Shown: positions 8,304-16,067, counted from the stretch's first letter. The stretch is DNA of 33,086 nt from Thermoplasmatota archaeon (GCA_041658815.1 JBAZZN010000001.1:1-33086); one strand, 5' to 3'. Made by a program: numbers and translations. Notes: generated by a model from the sequence alone, not told the origin.

Positions 8304-9728
8304 GTGATGAAGTTGCTCGGTCGCGCTCGTCGCTACGGCGGAAACCTCAGGCGCCGGAACATCGCGCCGTCGCTCAACGCAGCGAGGCCCGCCTGGCTCT
8401 CCGTGCTCCTGGGGGTCGGCGTCTGGGTCATCGCCTGGTACTTCAACGACGTCGGTCTCGACGCTCTTCACCACGGCGCGGTCGTTTGGCTCGTGGGTCT
8501 CGTCGCAGTCGGATACGCGGTCGTGGGGCTCTACAAGGAGGTGTCGAACCGCGTCAAGTTGCACAGATGGTTGGCCCTCGCGGCGAACGATCCGGAAGAG
8601 GCGCTCAAGCAAGCGGAATCGATCCAGCGCTTCTCTCGCATGCTTCCCCCATGGCTCCTGCGGTCCTTCCACGAGACACGCGGCGAACTCCGCCGTGGGG
8701 GGCACCGCAACGAGCGGGGACCCAGCGTGGAAACCGACGCGATCGAGCCGACACACACGCGCCTCCGACCGCCGCAAGTCACGCTCCTCGCGCTGGGCGC
8801 CCTGATCGCAGTCGTGGCGCTCGCCGCTTGGCTCTCGCCCGAGAGGATCTACTACCCTATCGTCTGGAGGTACTACTGGGGCCCCATCGTGAGCGACTAC
8901 GCGGGCGGGCCGCTCGTGCGGGGTGGCGTGACCGCGGATCCCGGATACAACGTGATGGACACCACCACATGGGCACTCATCCTCGGCGTGAGCCTGTGGA
9001 ATCTCCTTGATTCCCTCCGCCGCCGCGGCTTCCGGCTGACCCGCGCGTTCACCTACAGCCTCGTCCCCATGATCATCGCTGGCGGCACCATGAGGGGCCT
9101 CATCGAGGTCCACTGGCTTCCCGCTCCCTGGGCGTACTTCTTCATCACGCCCCTGATCTACGTCGTGTTCTTCCTCTACACGCTGGGAGCCCTCCTCCTC
9201 GGCATGCGGTGGGAGGAGCGTGGATCCGGCGGCGTCCGGCATTGGCATCTCACTCTTGCAGCCGGCATCCTCGCCGTCTTGATCACGTGGGGCGGGTGGG
9301 GAGTCCTCCTCTGGGCGGACCCCGCGGGCATCCGATGGAGCGTCCTATGGAGGATCTTCGGGACCAGCACGCTACTGACGGCTGGCATCGTGGCGGTCCT
9401 TTGGGTCCCGCGCATCCGCTTCGTTCGGGACCCGCTCTACGTGCTCGTCCTCTTCGGGCAGATCGTCGATGGGATGCAGAACTACGTCGGCACGACGGAA
9501 GGTCACGTCTCGAAGATGCTGGGGCCCCACTTCTTGGTCGCTTCCCTGGGGAACTCGGGGCTCCTCATCGCCAAGGTCTTCCTCATCGTCCCCCTACTTG
9601 CGTACCTCAAGGCGAAGGTGGAGCCCGAGGAGGACGGCAACGTGCTCCAGCTCGTCCTCCTGACCATCCTCGCACTCGGGCTTGCGATGGGCTTCCACGG
9701 CGGCGTCGGATTGCTCCTGGGTGAGTGA
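8304..9728 (+). CDS. DUF63-like archaeal integral membrane protein with a ~160-aa N-terminal extension
   Basis: 474 aa and many TM helices. The core (ADPGYNVMDTTTWALILGVSLW ... PMIIAGGTMRGL ... HFLVASLGNSGLLIAKVFLIVPLL) resembles DUF63 as I remember the family. This is recall, not a search result. Confidence 0.55.
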   Translation: MMKLLGRARRYGGNLRRRNIAPSLNAARPAWLSVLLGVGVWVIAWYFNDVGLDALHHGAVVWLVGLVAVGYAVVGLYKEVSNRVKLHRWLALAANDPEEALKQAESIQRFSRMLPPWLLRSFHETRGELRRGGHRNERGPSVETDAIEPTHTRLRPPQVTLLALGALIAVVALAAWLSPERIYYPIVWRYYWGPIVSDYAGGPLVRGGVTADPGYNVMDTTTWALILGVSLWNLLDSLRRRGFRLTRAFTYSLVPMIIAGGTMRGLIEVHWLPAPWAYFFITPLIYVVFFLYTLGALLLGMRWEERGSGGVRHWHLTLAAGILAVLITWGGWGVLLWADPAGIRWSVLWRIFGTSTLLTAGIVAVLWVPRIRFVRDPLYVLVLFGQIVDGMQNYVGTTEGHVSKMLGPHFLVASLGNSGLLIAKVFLIVPLLAYLKAKVEPEEDGNVLQLVLLTILALGLAMGFHGGVGLLLGE

Positions 9729-9788
9729 CGCGACGAGTACCAAGCCGCACCTCCTCAATGCAACCCCACCACTGACACGATCACCACG

Positions 9789-9989
9789 ATGAACGCGACC
9801 TTCCCAACGGGCCGCGACGGGACGAGTGCGGTATGGGATGGCTCGAACGCCTACGTCTTCGGAGGCAGCAACACCGATGGGAACCTGAACCAAATCGTGC
9901 GCTACACACCCCTGGGCTCGGCGAGGCCCGCGTCATCTCGGCTTCGCAAGAAGCACGAAACGAGGCCCGGTGTCCTCCAACTCCTATGA
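9789..9989 (+). pseudogene. Orphan Kelch-repeat fragment
   Basis: GRDGTSAVWDGSNAYVFGGSNTDGNLNQIVRY is a single Kelch blade. There are no further blades or signal peptide, and the rest of the ORF is low-complexity. Confidence 0.35.
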
Positions 9990-10065
9990 ACCACCCGACT
10001 TGCAGGACTATCTCGCCGCCCTCAGAATAGGGCAAGTCGAATTAACACAAATGCTATTATGGTAA

Positions 10066-10911
10066 GTGAAGTTAACCTATCTCGTGGCCTACCTGCCAGC
10101 CGTCCTCGGGACCCCCCTCAAGGGGCGCGTGCTTGAGCGGCTGCTCCGTCGCGGGCCGGGGACCGTGACGGAGCTCGCGGCCGACCTCGACGCGACACGT
10201 CAGCAGATCACGAAGGTCGTCGCCGAGCTCGCCCTCTTGGGCGTCGTTCGCGAGAAGCCTGGTGAGGATCGTCGTACGACGGTCGTGAGCATCGACGAGG
10301 AGCACCCCTTCGTCGAGCCGCTACGCGTACTCGCGATGGACGGCGGCACGTGGTACGAGACGCCCGAAGCGTGGCAGGTGCTCCTCGCGCGCCGCTACGG
10401 CCAGGATTGGTACATCGGCGGTTACGCCGCGATCCGTCGCGTCATGCAGCCCATCGACTTCGAAGCGCCCAATGTCCTTGCCAACGTCCGCGCCGCGGAA
10501 GGAAAGCTCGACGTCGCGAGCGCGCTCCAACGCGCGAGCGGCATCCAGCTCCAGGTGCGCCGCATCGAGCACATTCCTCCAGAGGTCGTCGCCGCCCGCG
10601 CGCGCGGCGTCGAAGTCTGGTTCGCGACGCCCGAACGCGGCTTCGTCGAAGCGTGGAAGCTCAAGGAGATCCCGCTCTACGGACTCATGCTCTGCCTCGT
10701 CCAAGGCCTCCACGAGGCCGTCCTCGACCCCACGAAGCTCATGAACGTCGCTCCCGCCGAGGGCATGCAAAGCGAGGTCCCGACCCTTCTCGCGGCAGCA
10801 CGCGAACGCCTCCCGCTCCGTGAGCTCGCCCGGCCGCTGAAAGCAACGCGCGCGCTAAAGCCGAGCGAAAAACAGGCCCTCGAACAGGCGATCAACACGG
10901 TGGTGGGCTAA
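10066..10911 (+). CDS. AbiEi-like antitoxin / wHTH regulator of a type IV toxin-antitoxin system
   Basis: N-terminal wHTH (GRVLERLLRRGPGTVTELAADLDATRQQITKVVAELALLGVV) plus a C-terminal domain. It lies directly upstream of, and abuts, an AbiEii nucleotidyltransferase gene. GTG start at 10066. An in-frame GTG at 10084 lies about 29 nt after the TATA-like TATTAT, so a leaderless mRNA is possible. Confidence 0.65.
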   Translation: MKLTYLVAYLPAVLGTPLKGRVLERLLRRGPGTVTELAADLDATRQQITKVVAELALLGVVREKPGEDRRTTVVSIDEEHPFVEPLRVLAMDGGTWYETPEAWQVLLARRYGQDWYIGGYAAIRRVMQPIDFEAPNVLANVRAAEGKLDVASALQRASGIQLQVRRIEHIPPEVVAARARGVEVWFATPERGFVEAWKLKEIPLYGLMLCLVQGLHEAVLDPTKLMNVAPAEGMQSEVPTLLAAARERLPLRELARPLKATRALKPSEKQALEQAINTVVG

Positions 10912-11871
10912 GTGGCGCGTGTCCTCCTGAACGCCGACGAGAAGGCCGCCGCCCGCGCCCTCATCCAGAAGACGTGGGATGCCCCCAACGTGACGCGCGA
11001 CGCGCTCACGAAGGCGGCCGACCCCTTCGGGGTCAACCCCCGCGAAGCCTACGCGAGCCTCCTCCACCTCGACACTCTGGACGCGCTGCGTGACCTGGAG
11101 TTTCTCGTGTTCAAGGGCGGCACGTGCGTCCAGACGTATCTTCCGCCCGCGTTCCAGCGCATCAGCGTCGACCTCGACTTCAACAGCCGATATCCGCACC
11201 CCAACACGGTCGAGAACGCGATCGTGGATCTCAATGCGCGCCTGCGTGCCGACGGCCGCGCCGCGACCATCCACGGCCTCGAGTACGGCTCGCTCATCCC
11301 CCAAGGTCACGACGAGCACACGGGGACCGTCGCATTCGCGCGCTACCTGCCCACGCCCTTCGACGAGACCGCGATCCTCGCCGGCACCGAGTTCCAAGCG
11401 CGACTCATCCGCGTGCAGATCAACGTGAAGCACCACGAGCTGCCGGCGCTCGATCCAATGCGACGCAAGGTCGAGTTCTTCATCCAGAAGACGCTCCAGC
11501 CTCGCCATGATATCAAGGTCGAGTGCGCGAGCGCCGCCGACCTCGAAGCGGATAAGATCCTAACCATCACGAAGAACGTCGGGGGCTTTGGCCGCGAGCG
11601 CATCAAGGACTTCTACGACCTTTTCGCCCTCAGTCGCACGAAGATCCCGCAGGACCGTGTCCGCGAGAAGCTTGACCGCGTCGCCAAACAGGCCAATGCC
11701 AAACGCGAAGACATCCTCAAGGGCGCGATCGAGCGCGCTGAGGACGTCCGCGCGCAGCACGCGACCGCGAAAGGTTTCGTCACCAGCGCCTGCAAGGACG
11801 GCAAGGTCCTCCTCGAAACGTGGGAGATGGAGATAGACGCGCTCCAAGAACGACTCCGCGCGATGCTCTGA
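10912..11871 (+). CDS. AbiEii/AbiGii-family nucleotidyltransferase toxin (DUF1814)
   Basis: FKGGTCVQTYLPPAFQRISVDLDF matches the family hallmark (KGGTAL..RFSEDLDF, a Pol-beta NTase G-G/S..DxD). A downstream KDFYDL motif is also present. GTG start sits immediately after the upstream stop. Confidence 0.85.
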   Translation: MARVLLNADEKAAARALIQKTWDAPNVTRDALTKAADPFGVNPREAYASLLHLDTLDALRDLEFLVFKGGTCVQTYLPPAFQRISVDLDFNSRYPHPNTVENAIVDLNARLRADGRAATIHGLEYGSLIPQGHDEHTGTVAFARYLPTPFDETAILAGTEFQARLIRVQINVKHHELPALDPMRRKVEFFIQKTLQPRHDIKVECASAADLEADKILTITKNVGGFGRERIKDFYDLFALSRTKIPQDRVREKLDRVAKQANAKREDILKGAIERAEDVRAQHATAKGFVTSACKDGKVLLETWEMEIDALQERLRAML

Positions 11872-11934
11872 CGCAGGCAAGACTCATTCTTCTGGGTCTT
11901 TCAGAAAGACTCGATCTTGTGAGTCTTATCGGCA

Positions 11935-12009
11935 TCAGTCGAACAGACGGGCGACGGCCCGCGCCGTCTCGTTCACGAAGCGCCGTCGCTCGCGGCGTCG
12001 AGTTTCCAT
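11935..12009 (-). CDS. Short ORF, copy 1 of a conserved C-terminal module (...RRRFVNETARAVARLFD)
   Basis: METRRRERRRFVNETARAVARLFD*. Its differences from copy 2 (13061..) in the conserved part are almost all at third codon positions. The longer ORF to 12138 crosses the att-like repeat, so I consider it unlikely. Confidence 0.4.
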   Translation of the reverse strand: METRRRERRRFVNETARAVARLFD

Positions 12010-12017
12010 TACCATGG

Positions 12018-12059
12018 TTTGCCCAACAAATCCGTCTGTCGAGGTTGAGTGGGGTGAGC
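12018..12059. repeat. att-like direct repeat holding the last 10 nt of tRNA-Phe plus its 3' flank
   Basis: 12047-12059 (gagtggggtgagc) is identical to 16099-16111. The upstream block ccaac-aaatccgtctgt matches ccaaccaaatccgtttgt at 16074-16091. Confidence 0.7.
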
Positions 12060-12203
12060 AAGCAGCCCCGATATCCGGATTTGTGCAGAGTGCGGCGGCA
12101 GGCCACTCCTTTCTGCAAGCGAGGATAGGTGGTTCCACTCTCCGAATTGCGGGCGAATACCCGTCCCCTATATGGCCGACCAGCGTGATCGCGCGGTGCT
12201 CGC

Positions 12204-13064
12204 ATGTCCATCCCGTCGGGGCCCGTGCACGCGCTCGACACGCACCCCATCTATCAGAACGCGCGACATACGCTACAAGGCCTGTTCACCGGTGAGGCGG
12301 ACGCCGAGCGAGCGGCGGCGCGGCTCGCAGATCAGAAGGGGAAGCTCGTCATCGCCTACACGCTCACGGCGCCGGACGGCTCCACGTTGTATGCGGTCGC
12401 TGCGCGCGAGCCTGTCGTTCGCCAACGACGCGCAAACATTCCGCACGACCGGACCGTTCCCTGGCAGGCAGTGAGGATCGCGCTAGACGCGTTCCGTAGC
12501 GCTGAGCGCGAGACGCGTGCCTCCGGCGCTCCGCTCCGGTGGTACAAGAAGCTCGAGGTTGACAAGCTTCGCCGCGTCCTCCTCGGATACGATTGGTCGG
12601 GCTCGAAGTTGGACGTTGCTTCGCGAATGATGAGCACCACCATCCTCACGCACCCGTTCCCGAACGCGAATCACCGGACAAGCATCACGCTCGCGAAGTA
12701 CTACCTGGCGAGCGAAGGCGTCCAATGGCCGCCTTATTCGCTTCGTGGTCGCGGCATCGACCGCTTTATCGCTGAGACCGAGCCCCATATCGTGCTGAGC
12801 AAATACCTCATCCAGCTGCGCCGCCGCCAGCCGCTGCTGTGCGTCGCACGAGCGGCTGGTTACACGGACATCGTCATCAAGCAAGGCTTCAATGCCAAGA
12901 TCGACGCCGCGGACCTCGAACTTTCCACCGAAGACATCGAGAAGAAGCACCAGGCGCGCTGCCGTGCGCTCATCGAAAAGATCGACGACGGAAAGAACGC
13001 GGACGAGCTCGGCCGCGAGGGCACGCGCGGCCTACGAGAATTCGTCGCGTGGTACTTCGGTTAA
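12204..13064 (+). CDS. Fic/Doc-family protein with a variant Doc-type motif and a long N-terminal extension
   Basis: THPFPNANHRTSITLA fits the Doc variant of the Fic motif, HxFx(D/N)(A/G)NKR, with His in place of Lys. At 286 aa it is far longer than the ~126-aa P1 Doc. Confidence 0.65.
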   Translation: MSIPSGPVHALDTHPIYQNARHTLQGLFTGEADAERAAARLADQKGKLVIAYTLTAPDGSTLYAVAAREPVVRQRRANIPHDRTVPWQAVRIALDAFRSAERETRASGAPLRWYKKLEVDKLRRVLLGYDWSGSKLDVASRMMSTTILTHPFPNANHRTSITLAKYYLASEGVQWPPYSLRGRGIDRFIAETEPHIVLSKYLIQLRRRQPLLCVARAAGYTDIVIKQGFNAKIDAADLELSTEDIEKKHQARCRALIEKIDDGKNADELGREGTRGLREFVAWYFG

Positions 13065-13318
13065 TCGAAGAGACGAGCGACCGCCCGAGCCGTCTCGTCC
13101 ACGTACGCCCGACGCGCCGGCGAAAGCTTCGGGGACCGAAACGGGACCCAACCTGGAGGGACTTCGTCAGCTGCCGCCTTCGGCGCCAACGTTGGGCGAA
13201 ACACCTTGACGTTCGAGAGTCGCGGAGCCTCGACGACTGCCCGGCTTGACCGGGCCACCCGACCGACCCCGACCTTGCGAGCGCTACGACTTCGGCTGGG
13301 CATGCACTTCACACTCAC
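13061..13318 (-). CDS. Small ORF, copy 2 of the ...YVDETARAVARLFD module
   Basis: 85-aa ORF ending SPKLSPARRAYVDETARAVARLFD*. It converges on the Doc-like gene with a 4-nt overlap. The pattern of synonymous differences from copy 1 supports coding. The start is uncertain. Confidence 0.45.
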   Translation of the reverse strand: MSVKCMPSRSRSARKVGVGRVARSSRAVVEAPRLSNVKVFRPTLAPKAAADEVPPGWVPFRSPKLSPARRAYVDETARAVARLFD

Positions 13319-13404
13319 CCCTATGCAGTCGATAGAAGGCTTAAGGTTGGGCCTTAATCGAAGGCAAATCGCGCCGTGAAATCCCCTGATAAGAGACTCA
13401 TTTC

Positions 13405-14067
13405 TTGAGCCGTATTGAAAGACTCACTTTTCCAAGCCCTGAACTTGGCGTCCGCAAGTTGGCGTACGCATGTCTCCCGGTGAGGCACGCGCTCGACTTC
13501 GACCCTCCATACGCGATCCCCGTCGTTTCGCCCAAGCTCACGAAGCGGCCGCCGCGCCCCTCGCCTACGATCATCTGGCGCGACTACGATCCGGAGGACG
13601 TTGGCAAGACCACCCTTCTCTTCCCGACCTGGGCCAAGGATGACCCCGACCAAAGCAAGCGCACGCTCCCGACGCTTCACCCGAAAGAGAGCCTCGCGAT
13701 CCTCGCCGCGACAGGAGACTCTCGTTTGACGGAGGCCGTCTTGCGCACCGCAAAGAAGCCAGATATCAAACGCGAAAGCGTCGCCACTGCCGCGAGGCGG
13801 CTCGCCATCGAGCCGCCCTCGCGCCGCCTCCACTATCCGAACTCAATTGTCTTGCTAAAGTGGCTCCTCCGGTTCGCGGAGACCGCGCGGGCGATGAGCG
13901 CCAAGGAGCGCATGACGCAGGATCTCCTCGGAGGCGGCCCCGCGGGATATCCGACGCGACGCATCGCGAAGTGGCGCGGCGCATGGTCGCCGAACTGGGT
14001 CCGCCATCGCCGAGCACGTCATTGTCACGAAGGCCGTCGCCTACGGCGACTGCCTCGGCAAGCATGA
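13405..14067 (+). CDS. Hypothetical protein (element cargo)
   Basis: 220-aa ORF with a TTG start and no recognisable motif. The Arg-rich C-terminal third may not be genuine coding sequence. Confidence 0.35.
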   Translation: MSRIERLTFPSPELGVRKLAYACLPVRHALDFDPPYAIPVVSPKLTKRPPRPSPTIIWRDYDPEDVGKTTLLFPTWAKDDPDQSKRTLPTLHPKESLAILAATGDSRLTEAVLRTAKKPDIKRESVATAARRLAIEPPSRRLHYPNSIVLLKWLLRFAETARAMSAKERMTQDLLGGGPAGYPTRRIAKWRGAWSPNWVRHRRARHCHEGRRLRRLPRQA

Positions 14068-14129
14068 CGCGCGACGGCCCGGGCCGTCTCGTTCACGAAG
14101 CGCCGTCGTTCGCGCGACAAGCGCGGCGC
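14067..14129 (-). pseudogene. Truncated copy 3 of the small-ORF module
   Basis: Manual translation gives APRLSRERRRFVNETARAVARH.... It lacks the LFD* end, has an in-frame TAG just upstream, and diverges from copies 1 and 2 exactly at 14066/14067. Confidence 0.4.
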
Positions 14130-14234
14130 CTAAGACTCCAGCTCAAAGAACATGCGCCCCAACCAGCGCCGATACGACCCTGCCCTCCAAACCGCCACGA
14201 AAGACCTTATGCATCTCCTCGACGACATCTGTAC

Positions 14235-14840
14235 GTGAGCCCGCGCCGAGCCCTCGCGCTCACCTTGCTTGCAATAAGTCTGAGCGGCGCGGTTGCATGG
14301 GTTCGACCACAGGGTTACGACGCTCCGGCCTGGTCGTTCCTCCTGCTTGTCGGCGTCATTGGCATTGCAAGCGGCGCTTGGAGCGCACTATTCCTGCCAT
14401 TGGCGGCTATTGAATTGCGGTGGCGCGGCGCACAGGTCGCAAGTGGACTTCTTCCGGCATTCGCGGTCGCGATCCCCGCCGAGTGGATGCTGAAGATGGT
14501 CGTCCGCGGACAGCTTGCCTCTGCGCCAACCGCCGAAATCCTTGCATCCTCGCGGGTAGAAGTGCTCCTCTACGCAGTCCTGCTTGTCGCAGGTGTTGTT
14601 GCCTGGTCGATTCACATCTACCGTGCGACAGCCGACATGCGGAGAGTCCTCTGGTGGAGTCCCACCTTGCTATTCCTCGTCCCGATTTCCGTTTGGGCGA
14701 CGCGGCTTGGCCTCCCAATGCTCATCGGCATCGCCACGCAGATCCTCGTCGGATTTGCATTCATCCTTGAAGCCCTCAGACCTCCAACGCGTCAACGCCT
14801 TCCGACGGCGCCAGGCGACACAATTGAGCCGCCGGCGTAA
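14235..14840 (+). CDS. Hypothetical polytopic membrane protein (element cargo)
   Basis: Internal GTG of ORF 13860..14840. From VSPRRALALTLLAISLSGAVAW onward it has 5-6 hydrophobic helices. The upstream 125 codons are Arg/Pro-rich and unlikely to be coding. Confidence 0.5.
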   Translation: MSPRRALALTLLAISLSGAVAWVRPQGYDAPAWSFLLLVGVIGIASGAWSALFLPLAAIELRWRGAQVASGLLPAFAVAIPAEWMLKMVVRGQLASAPTAEILASSRVEVLLYAVLLVAGVVAWSIHIYRATADMRRVLWWSPTLLFLVPISVWATRLGLPMLIGIATQILVGFAFILEALRPPTRQRLPTAPGDTIEPPA

Positions 14841-15040
14841 CTGCCACCGATGCCCAGCGCCGCGAGCATCGCCTTCGTCTCGGCGAGGACCTCCTGCTTC
14901 TTGCGATCCTGAATATCCTTCTCCGCATCCGGCGAGATCGGCCGGCGGCACCGCTGGCAGAACGTCGTCGTGTGCGGGTTCCGGTGCTCGCAGTACCGGC
15001 AGATGAGCTGCGAGAGTGCGGGCCCCGAGTGCTTGCCCAC
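14792..15040 (-). CDS. Zinc-ribbon domain protein
   Basis: CRYCEHRNPHTTTFCQRCRRPI matches the common zinc-ribbon pattern CxxC-x..NP..x-FCxxC. GTG start. It is in the same frame as the integrase ORF, three codons downstream including the TGA. Confidence 0.5.
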   Translation of the reverse strand: MGKHSGPALSQLICRYCEHRNPHTTTFCQRCRRPISPDAEKDIQDRKKQEVLAETKAMLAALGIGGSYAGGSIVSPGAVGRR

Positions 15041-15046
15041 GAGAGT

Positions 15047-15964
15047 TCAGCCCAGCTTCGCGCGCTCCGTCACCGCGCTGTGACGCCAGACGTGCGGGTT
15101 GCAGTCCTTCTTCAGGCCCGACTTCTTACCGGCGCGGTAGCACCACACGAGGAGCGAGTTGGGGCTCAGCCGCGTGCCGGGCGCGCGGCGGCTCCACGAG
15201 AACCACAACGGCGCCAATGGCTCGTTCTTCTTGGGGTGCTGGTCGATCCACGCCTTGAGGTAGTCCACGCAGTCGAAGACCCGGATGCGCCGCGCGCCCG
15301 TCTTGAGTCCACGCACGCCCTTGGAGAGCGTGAGGACGGCGCTCCAGATGCCGCCTTCGAGTTCCTCGAAGACGACGCTGCCCACGTTCAACGCGCAGAA
15401 TTCGCCCGCGCGGAACCCACTCTCGTACAAGACCGCGATCTCCGCCTTGTCCTGCACGCCCACATGCGCAAGCAGGAGCCGCGCGAGGTCCGCGCGCGTG
15501 ATGAGCGCGTCCGTCGGAATGTGGTCCTCGCTCCGCTTCACCTTGAGGCCTTTCGTCTCGGGCGGGTCCTGGTCGTCCGTGCCCCGCATCCACCGGAAGA
15601 ACGGCTTCAGGACTTCCTTGCGCTGCGCGAGCGTGCGAGGCGCAAGCAGGATCGGTTGCTCCGTGTCCGTCGTCGAGCCATCCACCTTGCGGCTCCGGAA
15701 GAGGCGCATGCTCTTCGCGTTGTTCACGTAGCTGATGACGTCGATCCTCGTCGACGCCTGCAAGTTCCGCATGCCGATGTGCACGCAGAAGCCGCGCAGG
15801 CAGTTCGCGTGAATCGTCAGCGTGCTTGAGCGAAGCCCGACGGCTTGGCGCTCTTGCAGCCACGTTCGCACGACGTCTCGGTTCTCACGCAGGGGGATCG
15901 TCTCGAGGATCCGCTCGATGCGTTCCCACACTTCAGCGTCTGTCTTCGTAGAGATGCTTGACAC
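15047..15964 (-). CDS. Tyrosine recombinase/integrase (XerC/D-like) lacking the C-terminal catalytic-Tyr segment
   Basis: N-terminal SAM-like domain. Catalytic domain has box I Arg (ESGFRAGE), a Lys hairpin (LSKGVRGLKTGARRIRV) and HxxR (HVWRHSAVT). The ORF stops 9 residues later (ERAKLG*), before the expected LGH...Y. Confidence 0.75.
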   Translation of the reverse strand: MSSISTKTDAEVWERIERILETIPLRENRDVVRTWLQERQAVGLRSSTLTIHANCLRGFCVHIGMRNLQASTRIDVISYVNNAKSMRLFRSRKVDGSTTDTEQPILLAPRTLAQRKEVLKPFFRWMRGTDDQDPPETKGLKVKRSEDHIPTDALITRADLARLLLAHVGVQDKAEIAVLYESGFRAGEFCALNVGSVVFEELEGGIWSAVLTLSKGVRGLKTGARRIRVFDCVDYLKAWIDQHPKKNEPLAPLWFSWSRRAPGTRLSPNSLLVWCYRAGKKSGLKKDCNPHVWRHSAVTERAKLG

Positions 15965-16067
15965 GACTCGTCACGTTTCCCGCGGACGGGAAGACCATTG
16001 CGACGCGCGTAGGCAGGCCACTCATCGAACCGCGAGTCGAAAACTCGCGGCCGAGTATGTATTTGGC

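Noticed and set aside
7956-9248. 430-aa minus-strand ORF
   Set aside because: Antisense to the CcdA-YHS and DUF63-like genes, and extremely Arg/Pro/Glu-rich.
9716-9728. ctgggtgagtga as a third att or tRNA-3'-end remnant
   Set aside because: Only 7 nt match (gggtgag). It is the last codons and stop of the DUF63-like gene, and there is no flanking homology.
13860-14234. N-terminal 125 codons of ORF 13860..14840
   Set aside because: This part is Arg/Pro/Ser-rich, overlaps ORF 13405..14067 and small-ORF copy 3, and the hydrophobic protein only begins at GTG 14235.
15038-15049. TGA read-through or recoding that would fuse the integrase to the zinc-ribbon ORF
   Set aside because: TGA clearly functions as a stop elsewhere in the window (for example copA and gatE). 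The spacing to a would-be LGH..Y is wrong. CRYC...FCQRC is an ordinary zinc-ribbon motif, so the Tyr is probably coincidental.
14972-15829. 285-aa plus-strand ORF
   Set aside because: Antisense to the integrase, which has recognisable recombinase boxes.
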